NCBI GenBank assembly: GCA_964418945.1
Contig: CAYQNR010000003.1
Coordinates: 24,125 to 88,124 of the forward strand
Source of the DNA: an uncultured Desulfobacteraceae bacterium
GTDB lineage: Bacteria > Desulfobacterota > DSM-4660 > Desulfatiglandales > HGW-15
Direction of reading: 5' to 3'
Length of the DNA: 64,000 nt
Of the stretch, positions 9,073 to 20,314 are shown in pieces. The notes beneath the pieces were generated by a model that worked only from the letters and a program-made list of their open reading frames with translations, searched no databases and was not told where the DNA came from. The position numbers were made by a program, and so were the translations under genes. How positions within the stretch are numbered: the stretch's first letter is position 1; each line of letters starts with the position of its first letter.

Positions 9073-10512
9073 ATGTCATATAACAAGACAGATATGTTCA
9101 GGATGATACCGGCGGTAGACCGGTTGCTGGACAGCCCCGATTTAAAGGATATATCAGCATGTTATCCTAGAAATCTCATCCTCAGGGCCATAAACGAAGT
9201 GCTTGACGAGCTGCGTAAGGAGATAGGCAAAGACTCCGATATAACTGGCCCCTCAGCCCTGTCCATAGGAACTGTATCAGGCCTTGTAAAAAAAAGGCTG
9301 GAACTTATTTCTCGATCAAGCCTGCGCCAAGTTATAAACGCTACCGGCGTGGTTATCCATACAAACCTCGGCAGATCAATCCTTGCCCAAAGGGCCATTG
9401 AGATGTTCAGGCCCTTGACCGGCGGATACTCTAACCTTGAATACGATCTTGAACAGGGCAAAAGGGGCATCAGATATGTTCATGTCGAGGGAATCCTTAA
9501 GGAGCTTACCTCTGCGGAGGCAGCCATGGTGGTTAATAACAATGCCGCGGCAGTCCTTATATCCTTGGAAACGCTTGCCAAAGGTCGAGAGGTAATCGTA
9601 TCCAGGGGTGAACTCGTGGAGATAGGCGGTTCTTTCCGGATCCCCGACGTAATGAAAAAGAGCGGAGCAAAGATGGTAGAGGTGGGGACTACCAACAAGA
9701 CCCATATAGAAGACTATGAAGAGGTGATAGGCCCTGACACCGCCCTTATTCTGAAGGCCCATAAGAGCAATTTTCAGATCCTCGGTTTTGCCGAGGAAGT
9801 AGAGATCTCTAGGTTATCGGAACTCGGCAAAAAATACGGCATCCCTGTAATGGAGGATCTGGGCAGCGGGTGTTTGGTTGACCTGTCAAGGTATGGGCTT
9901 AAAAAGGAACCGACGGTACAGGAGGTCCTGGAGGCAGGCGCGGATCTGGTTACATTCAGCGGCGATAAACTGCTGGGCGGGCCTCAGGCGGGCATCATAC
10001 TGGGGAGGCAGGATCTGGTGGAAGCCATAAAGAGAAACCAGCTTAACCGGGCACTCAGGATAGATAAACTAACACTACTCGCCCTGGAGCAGACCCTTAA
10101 GATATACAGGGATGAAAGGGTAGCCCTGAAGGAGATACCTACGCTAAGAATGATATGTCAGCCTTACCCCGGCCTCAAAAAAAAGGCCGGTCGCCTACGC
10201 AGAATGATAGGAAATCTGGACTCCGGCAATTTCGATGTTGATCTCGCGGATGGGAATTCCATGGTGGGTGGGGGCGCTTTGCCCTTTACGGATCTGCCTA
10301 CGCGTCTTCTGTCCCTGATTCCAAAAAAAATATCGGCCCGTTCCATGGATGAATGGTTGAAATCTTACGACCCCCCCATTATTGTGAGGGTTGATCAGGA
10401 TAAAGTGGTTCTGGATGTAAGGACTATCCAAGATAACGAAATGAAGACGGTGGCCGGAGCAATCAAAAAACTGGCCTCCACCACGATGCCCAAGCACGAG
10501 GTATCTAGATGA
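9073..10512 (+). CDS. selA: L-seryl-tRNA(Sec) selenium transferase
   Basis: VINATGVVIHTNLGR, NNNAAAV, RGELVEIGGSFRIPDVM, VGTTNKT, FSGDKLLGGPQAG (PLP Lys). Confidence 0.97.
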   Translation: MSYNKTDMFRMIPAVDRLLDSPDLKDISACYPRNLILRAINEVLDELRKEIGKDSDITGPSALSIGTVSGLVKKRLELISRSSLRQVINATGVVIHTNLGRSILAQRAIEMFRPLTGGYSNLEYDLEQGKRGIRYVHVEGILKELTSAEAAMVVNNNAAAVLISLETLAKGREVIVSRGELVEIGGSFRIPDVMKKSGAKMVEVGTTNKTHIEDYEEVIGPDTALILKAHKSNFQILGFAEEVEISRLSELGKKYGIPVMEDLGSGCLVDLSRYGLKKEPTVQEVLEAGADLVTFSGDKLLGGPQAGIILGRQDLVEAIKRNQLNRALRIDKLTLLALEQTLKIYRDERVALKEIPTLRMICQPYPGLKKKAGRLRRMIGNLDSGNFDVDLADGNSMVGGGALPFTDLPTRLLSLIPKKISARSMDEWLKSYDPPIIVRVDQDKVVLDVRTIQDNEMKTVAGAIKKLASTTMPKHEVSR

Positions 10513-11114
10513 AAGAAATCATCAAAAATTCCCTTTATGACAGTCTAAAGGTAAAGGAGGCCTTTGTTAATAATAATATTTCAGAGATTATTCTTATAGC
10601 CGAGAAGATTGTTGTGGCCTTTACAAACGACCACAAGCTTATGCTTTGTGGAAACGGAGGCAGCGCCGCGGACGCCCAGCACATAGCAGCGGAATTTATA
10701 GGCCGTTTTGAACTGGAGCGCCCTCCCCTTCCGGCCATTGCACTTACTACAGATACATCCGTTATTACTTGCATCGGCAACGATTATTCCTTCAATGATA
10801 TATTTTCCAAACAGGTGAAGGCCATTGGTCTTGAAGACGATGTACTCATGGCCATAAGCACCAGTGGAAATTCCCCTAATATTATCTGCGCTGTCGAAGC
10901 GGCAAAGGATATGGGAATCTTTGTTGTGGGGCTCGCCGGGAATGATGGAGGAAAACTGAAGGATCTTTCTGATTCCTGTCTGGTCGTCAATAGTAATTCT
11001 ACAGCCCGTATACAGGAAAGCCATATTCTAGCAGGCCATATTATTCGCAGACTCGTTGACTACCTCCTTTTTCAAAAGCATATACCTAAGGATCAAGAAG
11101 GCACAGTGCAATGA
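10509..11114 (+). CDS. gmhA: D-sedoheptulose 7-phosphate isomerase
   Basis: CGNGGSAADAQH, ALTTD, GNDY, ISTSGNS, RIQESH. Confidence 0.95.
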   Translation: MKEIIKNSLYDSLKVKEAFVNNNISEIILIAEKIVVAFTNDHKLMLCGNGGSAADAQHIAAEFIGRFELERPPLPAIALTTDTSVITCIGNDYSFNDIFSKQVKAIGLEDDVLMAISTSGNSPNIICAVEAAKDMGIFVVGLAGNDGGKLKDLSDSCLVVNSNSTARIQESHILAGHIIRRLVDYLLFQKHIPKDQEGTVQ

Positions 11115-11136
11115 CAGGCAAGAGGATTAGAGCCCT

Positions 11137-12093
11137 ATGAAAAAATGGGAACCCATATCTCTTCAGGGCATAAAGACCTATCCCCTTAAACAAAGAAAGA
11201 GCAAGGTAGGAATTGATGATTTCGGGAAACCATGGACACCGGGCCAAGGCATGAGAACCTGGATCAAGTCACTTCCCGGGATACTGGCGGGGAATGATCT
11301 TATAGAAATCGCCGAGAGCATAATAAGAGCCGTAAAAACCGACAAGACGGTTCTCCTTGCCATGGGCGCCCACGCCATAAAAGTGGGGCTGAATCCACTT
11401 ATTATAGACCTGATGGAAAGGGGGGTCATCAGCGGTCTGGCAATGAACGGCGCCGGCATAATACATGATGCTGAACTGGCCATGGAAGGTTGTACCTCGG
11501 AAGATGTAACCACTTCTATCCGGGAGGGTGAATTCGGGATGGCCGAAGAAACCGCCACGTTTCTCAACGGAGCGATATCAGAGGGCGCCGAAAAGGGTTT
11601 AGGACTGGGTAAAGCGGTGGGAGCCATGCTTGTCACAGAAGATTTCCCTTACAACCGTTTCAGCCTCCTGGCAAGGGCATTTGATCTGAATATCCCGGTA
11701 ACGGTTCACGTGGCAATAGGAACCGATATTATTCACTTTCACCCCTCTTCGGACGGATCCTCAGTCGGTAAGACATCACACCTTGATTTCAGGATCTTTG
11801 CCGGTTTGGTCGCCAGTATGGAGGGCGGTGTGTTTATCAATATGGGTTCCGCTGTCATAATACCCGAGGTCTTCCTGAAGGCTCTAACTCTGGCAAGGAA
11901 CCTGGGGCATAAGGTAAAAAATATAACAACGGTGAATATGGATTTTATAAGGGGTTACCGGCCTATAACCAACGTTGTTCAAAGGGCCACGCTTGAGGGA
12001 GGGAAAGGTTATTCCCTGGTGGGGCATCACGAGATCATGTTCCCTCTTCTGGCTGCAGCTGTTATTGAAGGACTGGAAAAGAAGCCAGAATAA
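11137..12093 (+). CDS. conserved hypothetical protein, deoxyhypusine-synthase-like fold
   Basis: MGAHAIKVGL, AMNGAGIIHD, TVHVAIGTDIIH, GSAVIIPEVFLK, GHHEIMFPLL. Confidence 0.6.
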   Translation: MKKWEPISLQGIKTYPLKQRKSKVGIDDFGKPWTPGQGMRTWIKSLPGILAGNDLIEIAESIIRAVKTDKTVLLAMGAHAIKVGLNPLIIDLMERGVISGLAMNGAGIIHDAELAMEGCTSEDVTTSIREGEFGMAEETATFLNGAISEGAEKGLGLGKAVGAMLVTEDFPYNRFSLLARAFDLNIPVTVHVAIGTDIIHFHPSSDGSSVGKTSHLDFRIFAGLVASMEGGVFINMGSAVIIPEVFLKALTLARNLGHKVKNITTVNMDFIRGYRPITNVVQRATLEGGKGYSLVGHHEIMFPLLAAAVIEGLEKKPE

Positions 12094-12186
12094 TACAGGG
12101 TGTTCAACTTGTTCCAGCAGCAGTTATTCCTCCTGTCATTGATAATTAAATATCATTTTACAAACAATTAGAGATAAGGACAAACC

Positions 12187-12693
12187 TTGTTCCGGATAGG
12201 TTTAGGATATGACGCCCATCGTCTTGTAAAAGGACGCCCCCTTATTATAGGGGGCGTCCGAATACCATTCGATTCAGGCCTGGCGGGACATTCGGACTCG
12301 GATGTCCTGACACATGCTATCATTGACGCTTTGCTCGGTGCGCTGGCAATGGGAGATATCGGTGTCCATTTCCCTGATGATGATCCGGATTACAAGGATG
12401 CGGATAGTATAGTAATGCTGGAAAAGGTAATGGAAATGGTCAAGGGAGAGGGTTACATAATAAATAACCTGGACAATACCATAATAGCTGAAAAGCCTAA
12501 GCTCGTGCCCTACATCAGGGGAATAAAAGAAGGGTTGTCCGGGGTTCTGGGAATCCCCAGCAATAAGATAAGTATAAAGGCCACCACTACAGAGGGAATG
12601 GGATTCTGCGGCCGCGGGGAAGGGATAGCCGCCTTTTCTGTGGTCAGTCTTGTCAAATCGGATACAGGTGATTCAGCCGGGGGCGGAGGATGA
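12187..12693 (+). CDS. ispF: 2-C-methyl-D-erythritol 2,4-cyclodiphosphate synthase
   Basis: RIGLGYDAH, GHSDSDV, GDIGVHFP, KATTTEGMGF; TTG start. Confidence 0.96.
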   Translation: MFRIGLGYDAHRLVKGRPLIIGGVRIPFDSGLAGHSDSDVLTHAIIDALLGALAMGDIGVHFPDDDPDYKDADSIVMLEKVMEMVKGEGYIINNLDNTIIAEKPKLVPYIRGIKEGLSGVLGIPSNKISIKATTTEGMGFCGRGEGIAAFSVVSLVKSDTGDSAGGGG

Positions 12694-14153
12694 CAATACG
12701 GCTATACAATACAGCTTCTAGAAGCAAAGAGGACTTTACACCAATCACGGAGGGAAAGGTCGGTATCTATGTGTGCGGTGTCACGGTCTACGACCTTTGC
12801 CATATAGGCCATGCCAGATCGGCAATCGTATTCGATGTCTTGGTAAGGTACCTCCGGGCAAGAGGTTTTGATGTTACCTACGTACGGAATTTCACTGATG
12901 TAGATGACAAGATTATTGAAAGGTCCCTTCAGTTTGGCAAGGAGAGCACTGAACTGGCCCAGGAGTACATTGACGCTTTTTATAAAGACATGGACAGGCT
13001 GGGAGTCCTGAGCCCCGATAAAGAGCCTAGGGCTACCGAACATATCGATGACATGATAGGCATGATAAAGACATTAATAGAAAAGGGTTTTGCCTATGTT
13101 GAGGGTCCTGATGTCTTCTTCTCGGTCCAAAAATTCGAAACCTACGGAAGACTATCCGGGAGACGGCTGGAAGACATGAAGGCCGGAAGCAGGATCGCTG
13201 TAAATAAAAGGAAAAGACACCCCATGGATTTTGCCCTGTGGAAAGGGGCAAAACCCGGTGAACCCCGGTGGGAAAGCCCATGGGGTCCTGGGAGACCGGG
13301 GTGGCACATGGAATGTTCGGTCATGAGCAATTTTTATCTTGGTCCCACATTTGATATCCATGGCGGCGGCAAAGACCTCCTCTTTCCCCATCATGAGAAC
13401 GAGAGGGCCCAATCCATGGCTGCTAACGAAGACTCGGAATTCGCCCGTTACTGGGTTCATAACGGATTTGTAACTGTTGAGTCGGAAAAGATGTCAAAGT
13501 CATTGGGCAATTTCATTACCATACGAGACGCTCTTGACCAATACCATCCCGAGGTCTTGCGTCTCTTCCTCCTTTCCAGACATTACAGGAGCCCTTTGGA
13601 TTTTTCCAGAAAGGATATCTTGAACCTGCAACAGGGATTTATAAAAATATACAGGACCCTCCAACGATTTGACGTTATGACCGGGGAAGATGATGTAAAA
13701 GATGAGAAACCTTCCCTACCGGGCTCTCTCACAGGTAGCCAAGATGATGAATTCCTGAGAGAGTTCGTTAACACTATGGATGATGATCTCAATACAGCCG
13801 GCGCAGTTGGACTTTTATTTGAAAAGGTCAAGGAAATGAACAGGCTTATGAATAATCTTAATGGACAGACTGATCCACTCACCCTTAGTCGGCTGAAAAA
13901 TGACAGAAGGCATCTCCTGAGAGCGGCGGGTGTACTTGGAGTCCTGGGAAGCAGCCCTCAAGATTTCCTCGCGGATCTATCCCAAACATCCGATATTGAC
14001 CCGGCGGAGATTGATGCGATGGTCCGCGAAAGGGCAAAGGCAAGGGACCGCAAAAACTGGGCCGAAGCAGACGCCATAAGACAGGAGTTGAAGGAGAAAG
14101 ACATAATCCTGGAGGATGGTCCTGAAGGCACCTCCTGGAGGATGGATGTTTGA
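12690..14153 (+). CDS. cysS: cysteine--tRNA ligase
   Basis: [39 protein letters not shown]. Confidence 0.98.
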   Translation: MTIRLYNTASRSKEDFTPITEGKVGIYVCGVTVYDLCHIGHARSAIVFDVLVRYLRARGFDVTYVRNFTDVDDKIIERSLQFGKESTELAQEYIDAFYKDMDRLGVLSPDKEPRATEHIDDMIGMIKTLIEKGFAYVEGPDVFFSVQKFETYGRLSGRRLEDMKAGSRIAVNKRKRHPMDFALWKGAKPGEPRWESPWGPGRPGWHMECSVMSNFYLGPTFDIHGGGKDLLFPHHENERAQSMAANEDSEFARYWVHNGFVTVESEKMSKSLGNFITIRDALDQYHPEVLRLFLLSRHYRSPLDFSRKDILNLQQGFIKIYRTLQRFDVMTGEDDVKDEKPSLPGSLTGSQDDEFLREFVNTMDDDLNTAGAVGLLFEKVKEMNRLMNNLNGQTDPLTLSRLKNDRRHLLRAAGVLGVLGSSPQDFLADLSQTSDIDPAEIDAMVRERAKARDRKNWAEADAIRQELKEKDIILEDGPEGTSWRMDV

Positions 14154-16134
14154 GATTGTCTCAGATCTCAAGCCATGCGGCGACCAGCCCCGGGCCATCG
14201 ACGATCTCTCAAGAGGCATAGAAAAGGGGCTCAAAGCCCAGGCCCTGTTGGGGGTGACCGGATCAGGAAAGACGTTTACCATGGCCCATGTCATAGCGCG
14301 CACCCGGAAATCCACCCTTATTATCGCTCCCAATAAGACCCTAGCCGCCCAGCTTTATGGAGAGTTTAAAAGACTCTTTCCCAATAACGCTGTAGAATAT
14401 TTCGTCAGCTACTACGATTACTATCAACCCGAGGCCTATATACCCCAATCTGACACCTATATTCAGAAAGATTCCAGCATTAACGAAAACATCGACAAGA
14501 TGAGACATTCCGCCACCCGCTCTCTTCTTGACAGGGATGACGTTATCATTGTCGCAAGCGTCTCGTGTATCTACGGGCTTGGTTCTCCCGAGGCATACCA
14601 CAACATGCTCCTTTACGTGGAAAAGGGAGCGACCCTTCCCAGGGAAGATGCCATAAAAAGGCTGGTAGATATACATTACCAGCGGGGAGATTATGACTTT
14701 TTCAGGGGCAAATTCAGAGTAAGGGGAGATGTGCTGGATATCTATCCCGCACACGAGGAGGAGAGGGCGATTCGCATCACGTTTTTCGGGGACGAGGTTG
14801 AATCCATACAGGAGATAGACCCTCTTACCGGAAAAGGGATGAAAGAATTGAATCGCGTCACAATCTATCCCGCCACCCATTATGTTACAACTGTGGAGAT
14901 ACGCGAAAAGGCTATAAGAGGAATCAAGGAGGAGCTAAAAGAGAGGATTGAGACCTTCCGTTCCCTTAACAAATATATCCAGGCCCAGAGGATTGAAGAA
15001 CGCACTCTATTTGACCTGGAGATGATGATAGAGATGGGTTACTGCCAAGGGATTGAAAACTATTCCCGACACCTGACAGGAAGGGCGCCCGGAGAACCGC
15101 CGCCGACCCTGCTTGACTATTTCCCCCGGGACTCCCTTGTTATAATAGATGAAAGCCATATCACTATCCCCCAGTTGAACGGGATGTACAATGGTGATCG
15201 ATCGAGGAAGGAGACCCTCGTGGAATTCGGCTTTCGTCTTCCCTCGGCGCTTGACAACAGGCCCCTTAAATTCGAGGAATTTGAGGGAAAGGTGAAACAG
15301 AGCATATATGTATCGGCAACTCCCGGCCCCTATGAACTGCGGGTAAGTGAGGCGCTTACCGAACAAATCATAAGACCCACAGGTCTGATGGATCCGGAGA
15401 TGGTTGTTTCAGAGGCGGCTGGTCAAGTCGATGATCTCCTCGGAAGGATAAGGGAGAACGTAAACAAAAATGAGCGTGTCCTCGTCACAACCCTCACAAA
15501 ACGAATGGCGGAAGATCTTGCAGAATACTATGCGGATCTGGGCATAAAGGTACAATATCTGCACTCTGACGTAAAAACTATTGAGAGAATGGAGATTATC
15601 AGGGATCTCCGACTGGGAATCTTTGACGTACTAATCGGTATCAATCTCTTAAGGGAAGGACTCGACCTGCCCGAGGTCTCCCTGGTAGCCATCCTGGATG
15701 CCGACAAGGAGGGTTTTCTTAGATCCGAAAAGTCCCTGATTCAGACCAGCGGAAGGGCCGCGAGAAATATCCACGGCACGGTGGTGCTTTACGCGGACCA
15801 GGTTACCGGCTCCATGAAGAGGGCCATAGATGAGTGCGATCGCCGCCGCCGCATACAGCTTGACCATAATCTTGATAATAATATTACCCCGGAGTCCATT
15901 CAAAAAAACATAGACAATATCCTTGTCTCTGCCTATGAGGCGGATTATGTAACCGTCCCTGTAGCGGCCGAAAAGGCGACAGAATATATGAGTCCCGATG
16001 TTATAAGACACATGATAAATAACCTCGAAAAAGAAATGAAGGAAGCCGCCGCCAAGATGAAGTTTGAAGAGGCCGCGCTACTGAGAGATGAAATAAAGGA
16101 ACTTCGAAACTATGAGCTTGAGGTAAGGGGATAA
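14146..16134 (+). CDS. uvrB: excinuclease ABC subunit B
   Basis: [53 protein letters not shown]-terminal UVR domain; ATG 14146 overlapping cysS end. Confidence 0.98.
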   Translation: MFEIVSDLKPCGDQPRAIDDLSRGIEKGLKAQALLGVTGSGKTFTMAHVIARTRKSTLIIAPNKTLAAQLYGEFKRLFPNNAVEYFVSYYDYYQPEAYIPQSDTYIQKDSSINENIDKMRHSATRSLLDRDDVIIVASVSCIYGLGSPEAYHNMLLYVEKGATLPREDAIKRLVDIHYQRGDYDFFRGKFRVRGDVLDIYPAHEEERAIRITFFGDEVESIQEIDPLTGKGMKELNRVTIYPATHYVTTVEIREKAIRGIKEELKERIETFRSLNKYIQAQRIEERTLFDLEMMIEMGYCQGIENYSRHLTGRAPGEPPPTLLDYFPRDSLVIIDESHITIPQLNGMYNGDRSRKETLVEFGFRLPSALDNRPLKFEEFEGKVKQSIYVSATPGPYELRVSEALTEQIIRPTGLMDPEMVVSEAAGQVDDLLGRIRENVNKNERVLVTTLTKRMAEDLAEYYADLGIKVQYLHSDVKTIERMEIIRDLRLGIFDVLIGINLLREGLDLPEVSLVAILDADKEGFLRSEKSLIQTSGRAARNIHGTVVLYADQVTGSMKRAIDECDRRRRIQLDHNLDNNITPESIQKNIDNILVSAYEADYVTVPVAAEKATEYMSPDVIRHMINNLEKEMKEAAAKMKFEEAALLRDEIKELRNYELEVRG

Positions 16135-16177
16135 AAGAGCGATACTCAGAGATACTGGGCAGCCTACCATTATCTGT

Positions 16178-16672
16178 TCATGGTGTTGCTATCCCATACT
16201 CCTGATCCTCATGAATTACCCAATCCTTTACGTGATATGTGATCAGGTCTCCATTGGCTTTCCTTGTGATCACCTTCTCCAAACCCGCATTAATAATCAC
16301 TCTTTTACACAGCCTGCATGGTTCGGCTCCAGCGGGAAGCGGTTTCCCTTCTTTCTTGCTCACTCCCATAAGATACATGGTCCCACCTATCATATATCTC
16401 CTTGAGGAATGAATGACGGCATTCATCTCGGCATGTACGGATCTGCACAGCTCATATCTTTCGCCGGAAGGCACTCCCAACTGTGATCGGAGACAATATC
16501 CTATATCCACGCAGTTCCTTGTTCCCCTGGGGGCCCCAGTGTATCCGGTCGAAATGATCTCGTCATTATTTACAATAACGGCCCCATAATTTCTCCGGAG
16601 GCACGTGCCTCGTTGTAAGACCTCCAGGGCGATGTTGAGATAATAATCATCCTTACTGATTCGATCCATCAA
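16178..16672 (-). CDS. dCMP/cytidine deaminase family protein
   Basis: CLRRNYGAVIV, HAEMNA and PCRLC Zn-binding motifs. Confidence 0.9.
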   Translation of the reverse strand: MMDRISKDDYYLNIALEVLQRGTCLRRNYGAVIVNNDEIISTGYTGAPRGTRNCVDIGYCLRSQLGVPSGERYELCRSVHAEMNAVIHSSRRYMIGGTMYLMGVSKKEGKPLPAGAEPCRLCKRVIINAGLEKVITRKANGDLITYHVKDWVIHEDQEYGIATP

Positions 16673-16738
16673 CTCACCTTCCCTGCATCAACACCGGCAT
16701 GTTCTTGAGATTTTCCCTGAAAAGGTATGCTCCTGAAT

Positions 16739-17767
16739 TTACCCCCCTATACTGTTCATGGAGCGAGCGCATTTCCGCAGATTGTATATATTAATGCCAT
16801 GGTCTTCCGGTTTATTCTTGATCGTATCCTTTATCAATTCCAGCAAATAGCTGTCCTCTTTCCCCTGCCTCAGGGGTGTTTTGATATCCGTCTCATGATC
16901 AGAGAAAAGACATCCCCTCAAATTGCCATCCGCCGTTAAACGGAGCCGGTTGCACTTTTCGCAAAAATGATGGCTTAAGGCCCCTATGAATCCTATTTCC
17001 CCTTTGGCCCCTTCCAGGATATACCGCCGGGCAGGGCCGTCAAGGGACTCTGAATCCACACGCCTGAGAGGCCCCAAGCACCTGATCCGAGCAAGGATTT
17101 CTTCGACAGAGAGGAATATCTCGGGGTTCCATATATTTCTTTCACCAAGAGGCATCATTTCGATAAAACGCACATGGTAGGGCTTGTTATAGGTAAGCCG
17201 TGCAAAATCAAGTATCTCGTCGTCGTTTACCCCTTTCATTGCTACTATGTTGATTTTGATGGGATTTAATCCGACAGTCTCAGCTTCTTCAATCCCTCTC
17301 CATACCCGATCAAAATAATCCCGCCTCGTAATATGGCGGAATCTTTCCGGTCTCAGGGTGTCCATGCTCACGTTAATACGGCGAATTCCGCAATTATACA
17401 GGGGACGGGCAAATTCCTTGAGAAGAACACCGTTGGTGGTCAATGTGATCTCCTCCAATCCATCGATGTAACCAAGCCTCTCGATAAAGGATATAATACC
17501 CTTTCTAACTAAAGGCTCCCCGCCGGTGAGCCTTACCTTCCGGATACCGTGCATGGCACAGAGACCAACCACCTGGAGAATTTCTTCGTAACTCAATATT
17601 TCGCTGTGGGGAGTAAAACTTACGCCTTCCTCAGGCATGCAATAAATACACCTCAGGTTACAACGATCGGTCAGGGAAAGTCGCAGGTAGTTGATGATCC
17701 GGTGGTTGTTATCCAGGAAACCGTCCATCGAATTGGAAATATTTGGTGATATCATTTTCTGCATCAA
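16739..17767 (-). CDS. moaA: GTP 3',8-cyclase (Moco biosynthesis radical SAM)
   Basis: YLRLSLTDRCNLRCIYC, RLTGGEP, FCEKCNRLRLTADG..RGC, C-terminal IGG. Confidence 0.96.
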   Translation of the reverse strand: MMQKMISPNISNSMDGFLDNNHRIINYLRLSLTDRCNLRCIYCMPEEGVSFTPHSEILSYEEILQVVGLCAMHGIRKVRLTGGEPLVRKGIISFIERLGYIDGLEEITLTTNGVLLKEFARPLYNCGIRRINVSMDTLRPERFRHITRRDYFDRVWRGIEEAETVGLNPIKINIVAMKGVNDDEILDFARLTYNKPYHVRFIEMMPLGERNIWNPEIFLSVEEILARIRCLGPLRRVDSESLDGPARRYILEGAKGEIGFIGALSHHFCEKCNRLRLTADGNLRGCLFSDHETDIKTPLRQGKEDSYLLELIKDTIKNKPEDHGINIYNLRKCARSMNSIGG

Positions 17768-17808
17768 TCATTATCTCTCGAAGCAGCAAGACCAGCGATA
17801 ATCAAAGA

Positions 17809-18009
17809 TCAGGTGTTTTCCTGATTCTTGAGCGTCACAAAATGCCCGTCCATGAGGCTTACGATCTGGATGGCCCCTTCGATAAATCTCCTTTCTCCGA
17901 AAAGGTTCATCAGCCAGAAACCCCGGCCCTCGGCCTCGATCCGGGCAACATCTTTCATAATCTCCTCCTGCTTATCCCCGGAATCCATATAAACAGTGCT
18001 CAAACACAT
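17809..18009 (-). CDS. cooT: CooT-family nickel-binding protein
   Basis: MCLSTVY N-terminus (Cys2), IMKDV, NLFGE; 66 aa. Confidence 0.8.
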   Translation of the reverse strand: MCLSTVYMDSGDKQEEIMKDVARIEAEGRGFWLMNLFGERRFIEGAIQIVSLMDGHFVTLKNQENT

Positions 18010-18062
18010 ATCTACCTCCGATAAAATTACTCCTTAATCTGCTCAATCCATCTCCGGTTAGC

Positions 18063-18091
18063 ATTCTATAGTGATAACCCTTAATTCTCAA
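18063..18091 (-). promoter_or_regulatory. sigma70-type promoter for cooT-moaA-deaminase
   Basis: Minus strand TTGAGA, 17-bp spacer, TAGAAT. Confidence 0.55.
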
Positions 18092-18107
18092 GGTTTCTTT
18101 TCATGTC

Positions 18108-18866
18108 TTATTCTTCTGACAGTACGGCATCGCATATCTTCTCGGCCGAATTAAATGCCTCTCCCCGGTCAATGGCACGGCCTTCCAAACAGGAATCAAA
18201 CACCAGGGGATCATTTGGAATGGATCCAATAACCTCTATGTTCTTATTACTCAATTCCCTCTCCAGCTTGTGAGCGACCACATCCGAGGGAACCTTGTTT
18301 AATACGGCACGGGCTTTCTTGTCCATACCGGTGGCGAGGCTTTGTACCTTTTCAGCTACGGTCAGGGACTCAAAAGACGGTTCGACCACAAGGATAACCT
18401 GATCAATAGCCTCATCTATCCCCCGACCGAAATGCTCCACCCCTGCTTCCATGTCAACAATGGCAATCTCATCTTTCATCAGCCGCAGTTTCTTTAAAAA
18501 TTCCCGGGTTAATACACCCATAGGGCAGGCACATCCTTCAAATGATTGTAGGACCTTTCCTATGCTTACCAGCTTGACTCCATCCCTACCGTGGATATAT
18601 GGAGAAGGAATCGCCTCAACGGTAATTTCATCTTGCTCAAGCACATTAGGCTCCCCCATCTTTCTCCTCAGGGCGGCCTTGCCTCCCACAAGTTCCATGA
18701 GAGGAACAGGCGGGCTCTCTAAACCAAGCATCCTGAAAAGCCCTGAGTTCGACTCATCGGAATCGATGATCAAAACAGAAACACCCCGGTCTCTTATGGC
18801 GTTGGCCAACAGGGCAACAACGGTGCTCTTGCCGCTTCCCCCTTTTCCACAGACAGATACCTTCAT
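18108..18866 (-). CDS. cooC: CooC-type ATPase (CO dehydrogenase Ni insertion family)
   Basis: GKGGSGKS, IDSDE, GCACP (CxC), DMEAGVEHFGRG; ATGA overlap with upstream zinc-ribbon gene. Confidence 0.88.
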   Translation of the reverse strand: MKVSVCGKGGSGKSTVVALLANAIRDRGVSVLIIDSDESNSGLFRMLGLESPPVPLMELVGGKAALRRKMGEPNVLEQDEITVEAIPSPYIHGRDGVKLVSIGKVLQSFEGCACPMGVLTREFLKKLRLMKDEIAIVDMEAGVEHFGRGIDEAIDQVILVVEPSFESLTVAEKVQSLATGMDKKARAVLNKVPSDVVAHKLERELSNKNIEVIGSIPNDPLVFDSCLEGRAIDRGEAFNSAEKICDAVLSEE

Positions 18867-19114
18867 GGGTTCACACTCCGCCTGCAGCCCCATCCATCGC
18901 TACAGGGCGGGGTCTCACAGCGTTCCTCTTTCCCGCAGCAGGTTCTACCGGGCATGCGTCCGTAAGACTGCAACGTAAACGAAGAGGCGGACAGGATCCT
19001 GTTCATTTCATGACTGCCGCACTGCCTGCATGTTATTGGCTCGTCATTTCCCCTTCCCACCAGGTATTCCGATACGGCACCGCAGGTTTCACAACGATAT
19101 TCGTAGATAGGCAT
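18863..19114 (-). CDS. FmdB-family zinc-ribbon protein
   Basis: MPIYEYRCETCG...CRQCG...RILS, plus Cys-rich tail RTCCG..ERCETPPC. Confidence 0.88.
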   Translation of the reverse strand: MPIYEYRCETCGAVSEYLVGRGNDEPITCRQCGSHEMNRILSASSFTLQSYGRMPGRTCCGKEERCETPPCSDGWGCRRSVNP

Positions 19115-19139
19115 TTCAGTTCTCCTTTTGATTCCTTCC

Positions 19140-19769
19140 TCAGGAAGAGGCCTGTATCACCACAAAAGATCCTTCACCATACCCGGGCCTTACAGGTTCG
19201 TCTTCAGCAGTCTCGCCCAAGTTCCCGAAAATCGTTTGTTTAAAACGCGGATCGGTAAAGCCCGCATTATTCATGTGTTCAACAAGCTCGTCTACCGAAA
19301 AAAAAGTTGCCTTTTTATAGAACACGTTTTCTTCTTTGCGTTCCAGATAGATCCGCCCCATTTTACTGTTGCGATCCACAAAACCGATAATGATTGCGCG
19401 ACCGTCGGAAAGGACCCGATGGGCCTCTTCCAAGCTCTTGCCGATGTTGTCCACAAAGCAGACTGTCGTAACCATCAAAATAAAATCGAACCTTGAATCA
19501 CCGAATGGTAATTCCTCGGCCACGGCATTCAAGACCTGAATCCCCCGTTTTCGGGCGATATCAGCCATGCTTTTTGAAGGTTCTACACCGCTTTTGATAC
19601 CCAGGGGTCCTGCAAAGCGGCCCGTACCTACCCCTACTTCCAGGCCCAGGCCTCCGGTGGGAATCATGCCTCTTACCGCCCGCAACTCGGCTTCATAGAC
19701 CCGGCGATGTTGCACAAACCATTGCTCGTATTGATCCACGTACTTGTCAAAAGGGGATATTCTGGGCAT
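19140..19769 (-). CDS. class I SAM-dependent methyltransferase
   Basis: LEVGVGTGRF, GVEPS, AEELPF, FDFIL. Confidence 0.92.
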   Translation of the reverse strand: MPRISPFDKYVDQYEQWFVQHRRVYEAELRAVRGMIPTGGLGLEVGVGTGRFAGPLGIKSGVEPSKSMADIARKRGIQVLNAVAEELPFGDSRFDFILMVTTVCFVDNIGKSLEEAHRVLSDGRAIIIGFVDRNSKMGRIYLERKEENVFYKKATFFSVDELVEHMNNAGFTDPRFKQTIFGNLGETAEDEPVRPGYGEGSFVVIQASS

Positions 19770-19831
19770 CTATCATTCTTCTTTTTTCTAAGGATATACT
19801 TATTCCAGGCCCCCTAATGTCTTTTCTCCCT

Positions 19832-20131
19832 CTACATCATCCTGGGACGTAATGAAAGGGCACCCTGTGGGCATACATCAACACATGTGCCACAGCCTTT
19901 ACACCGCCGTGGATCTACGCGGGCAGTCCTGTTGACAATAATAGCCCCTTCAGGACATACATCTTCACAAATTCCGCAACCTACACACCGATCCGAATCG
20001 ACAACAGCCTTAAAATCGCGGATTCCCTGCCGGCCTTGGATCTCTCCTATTCGTTTGTCAAGTAAATGGAGGCGAGCTTTAATGGCCTGAGCCCTTTCTT
20101 TAAGACTATGCAATTCAGCTATCTGGTTCAT
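19832..20131 (-). CDS. 2x[4Fe-4S] ferredoxin with N-terminal coiled coil
   Basis: CVGCGICEDVCP and CKGCGTCVDVCP; ELHSLKERAQAIKARLHLLDKRI heptads. Confidence 0.85.
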   Translation of the reverse strand: MNQIAELHSLKERAQAIKARLHLLDKRIGEIQGRQGIRDFKAVVDSDRCVGCGICEDVCPEGAIIVNRTARVDPRRCKGCGTCVDVCPQGALSLRPRMM

Positions 20132-20314
20132 ATCCTTCTCTCTCTTTGCCTCCAGCCGGATCCGGTCCTTACGCGAGATACCCCTTTTTAAGCTTCCTGT
20201 TTCTTGTTTTCTACTCAGTAACCTTGAGCTAATCTATACCCTCCCTGTACCGCGGCAAGAATATCCTGGATATCGCCTGCATCCCCGATCGCAGGGAGAC
20301 GTGTTCACGCCAGC

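Noticed and set aside
11047-11049. gmhA HIIRRLV versus the usual HIICxLV
   Set aside because: A single T/C change at a position I cannot show is catalytic; the other GmhA motifs are intact
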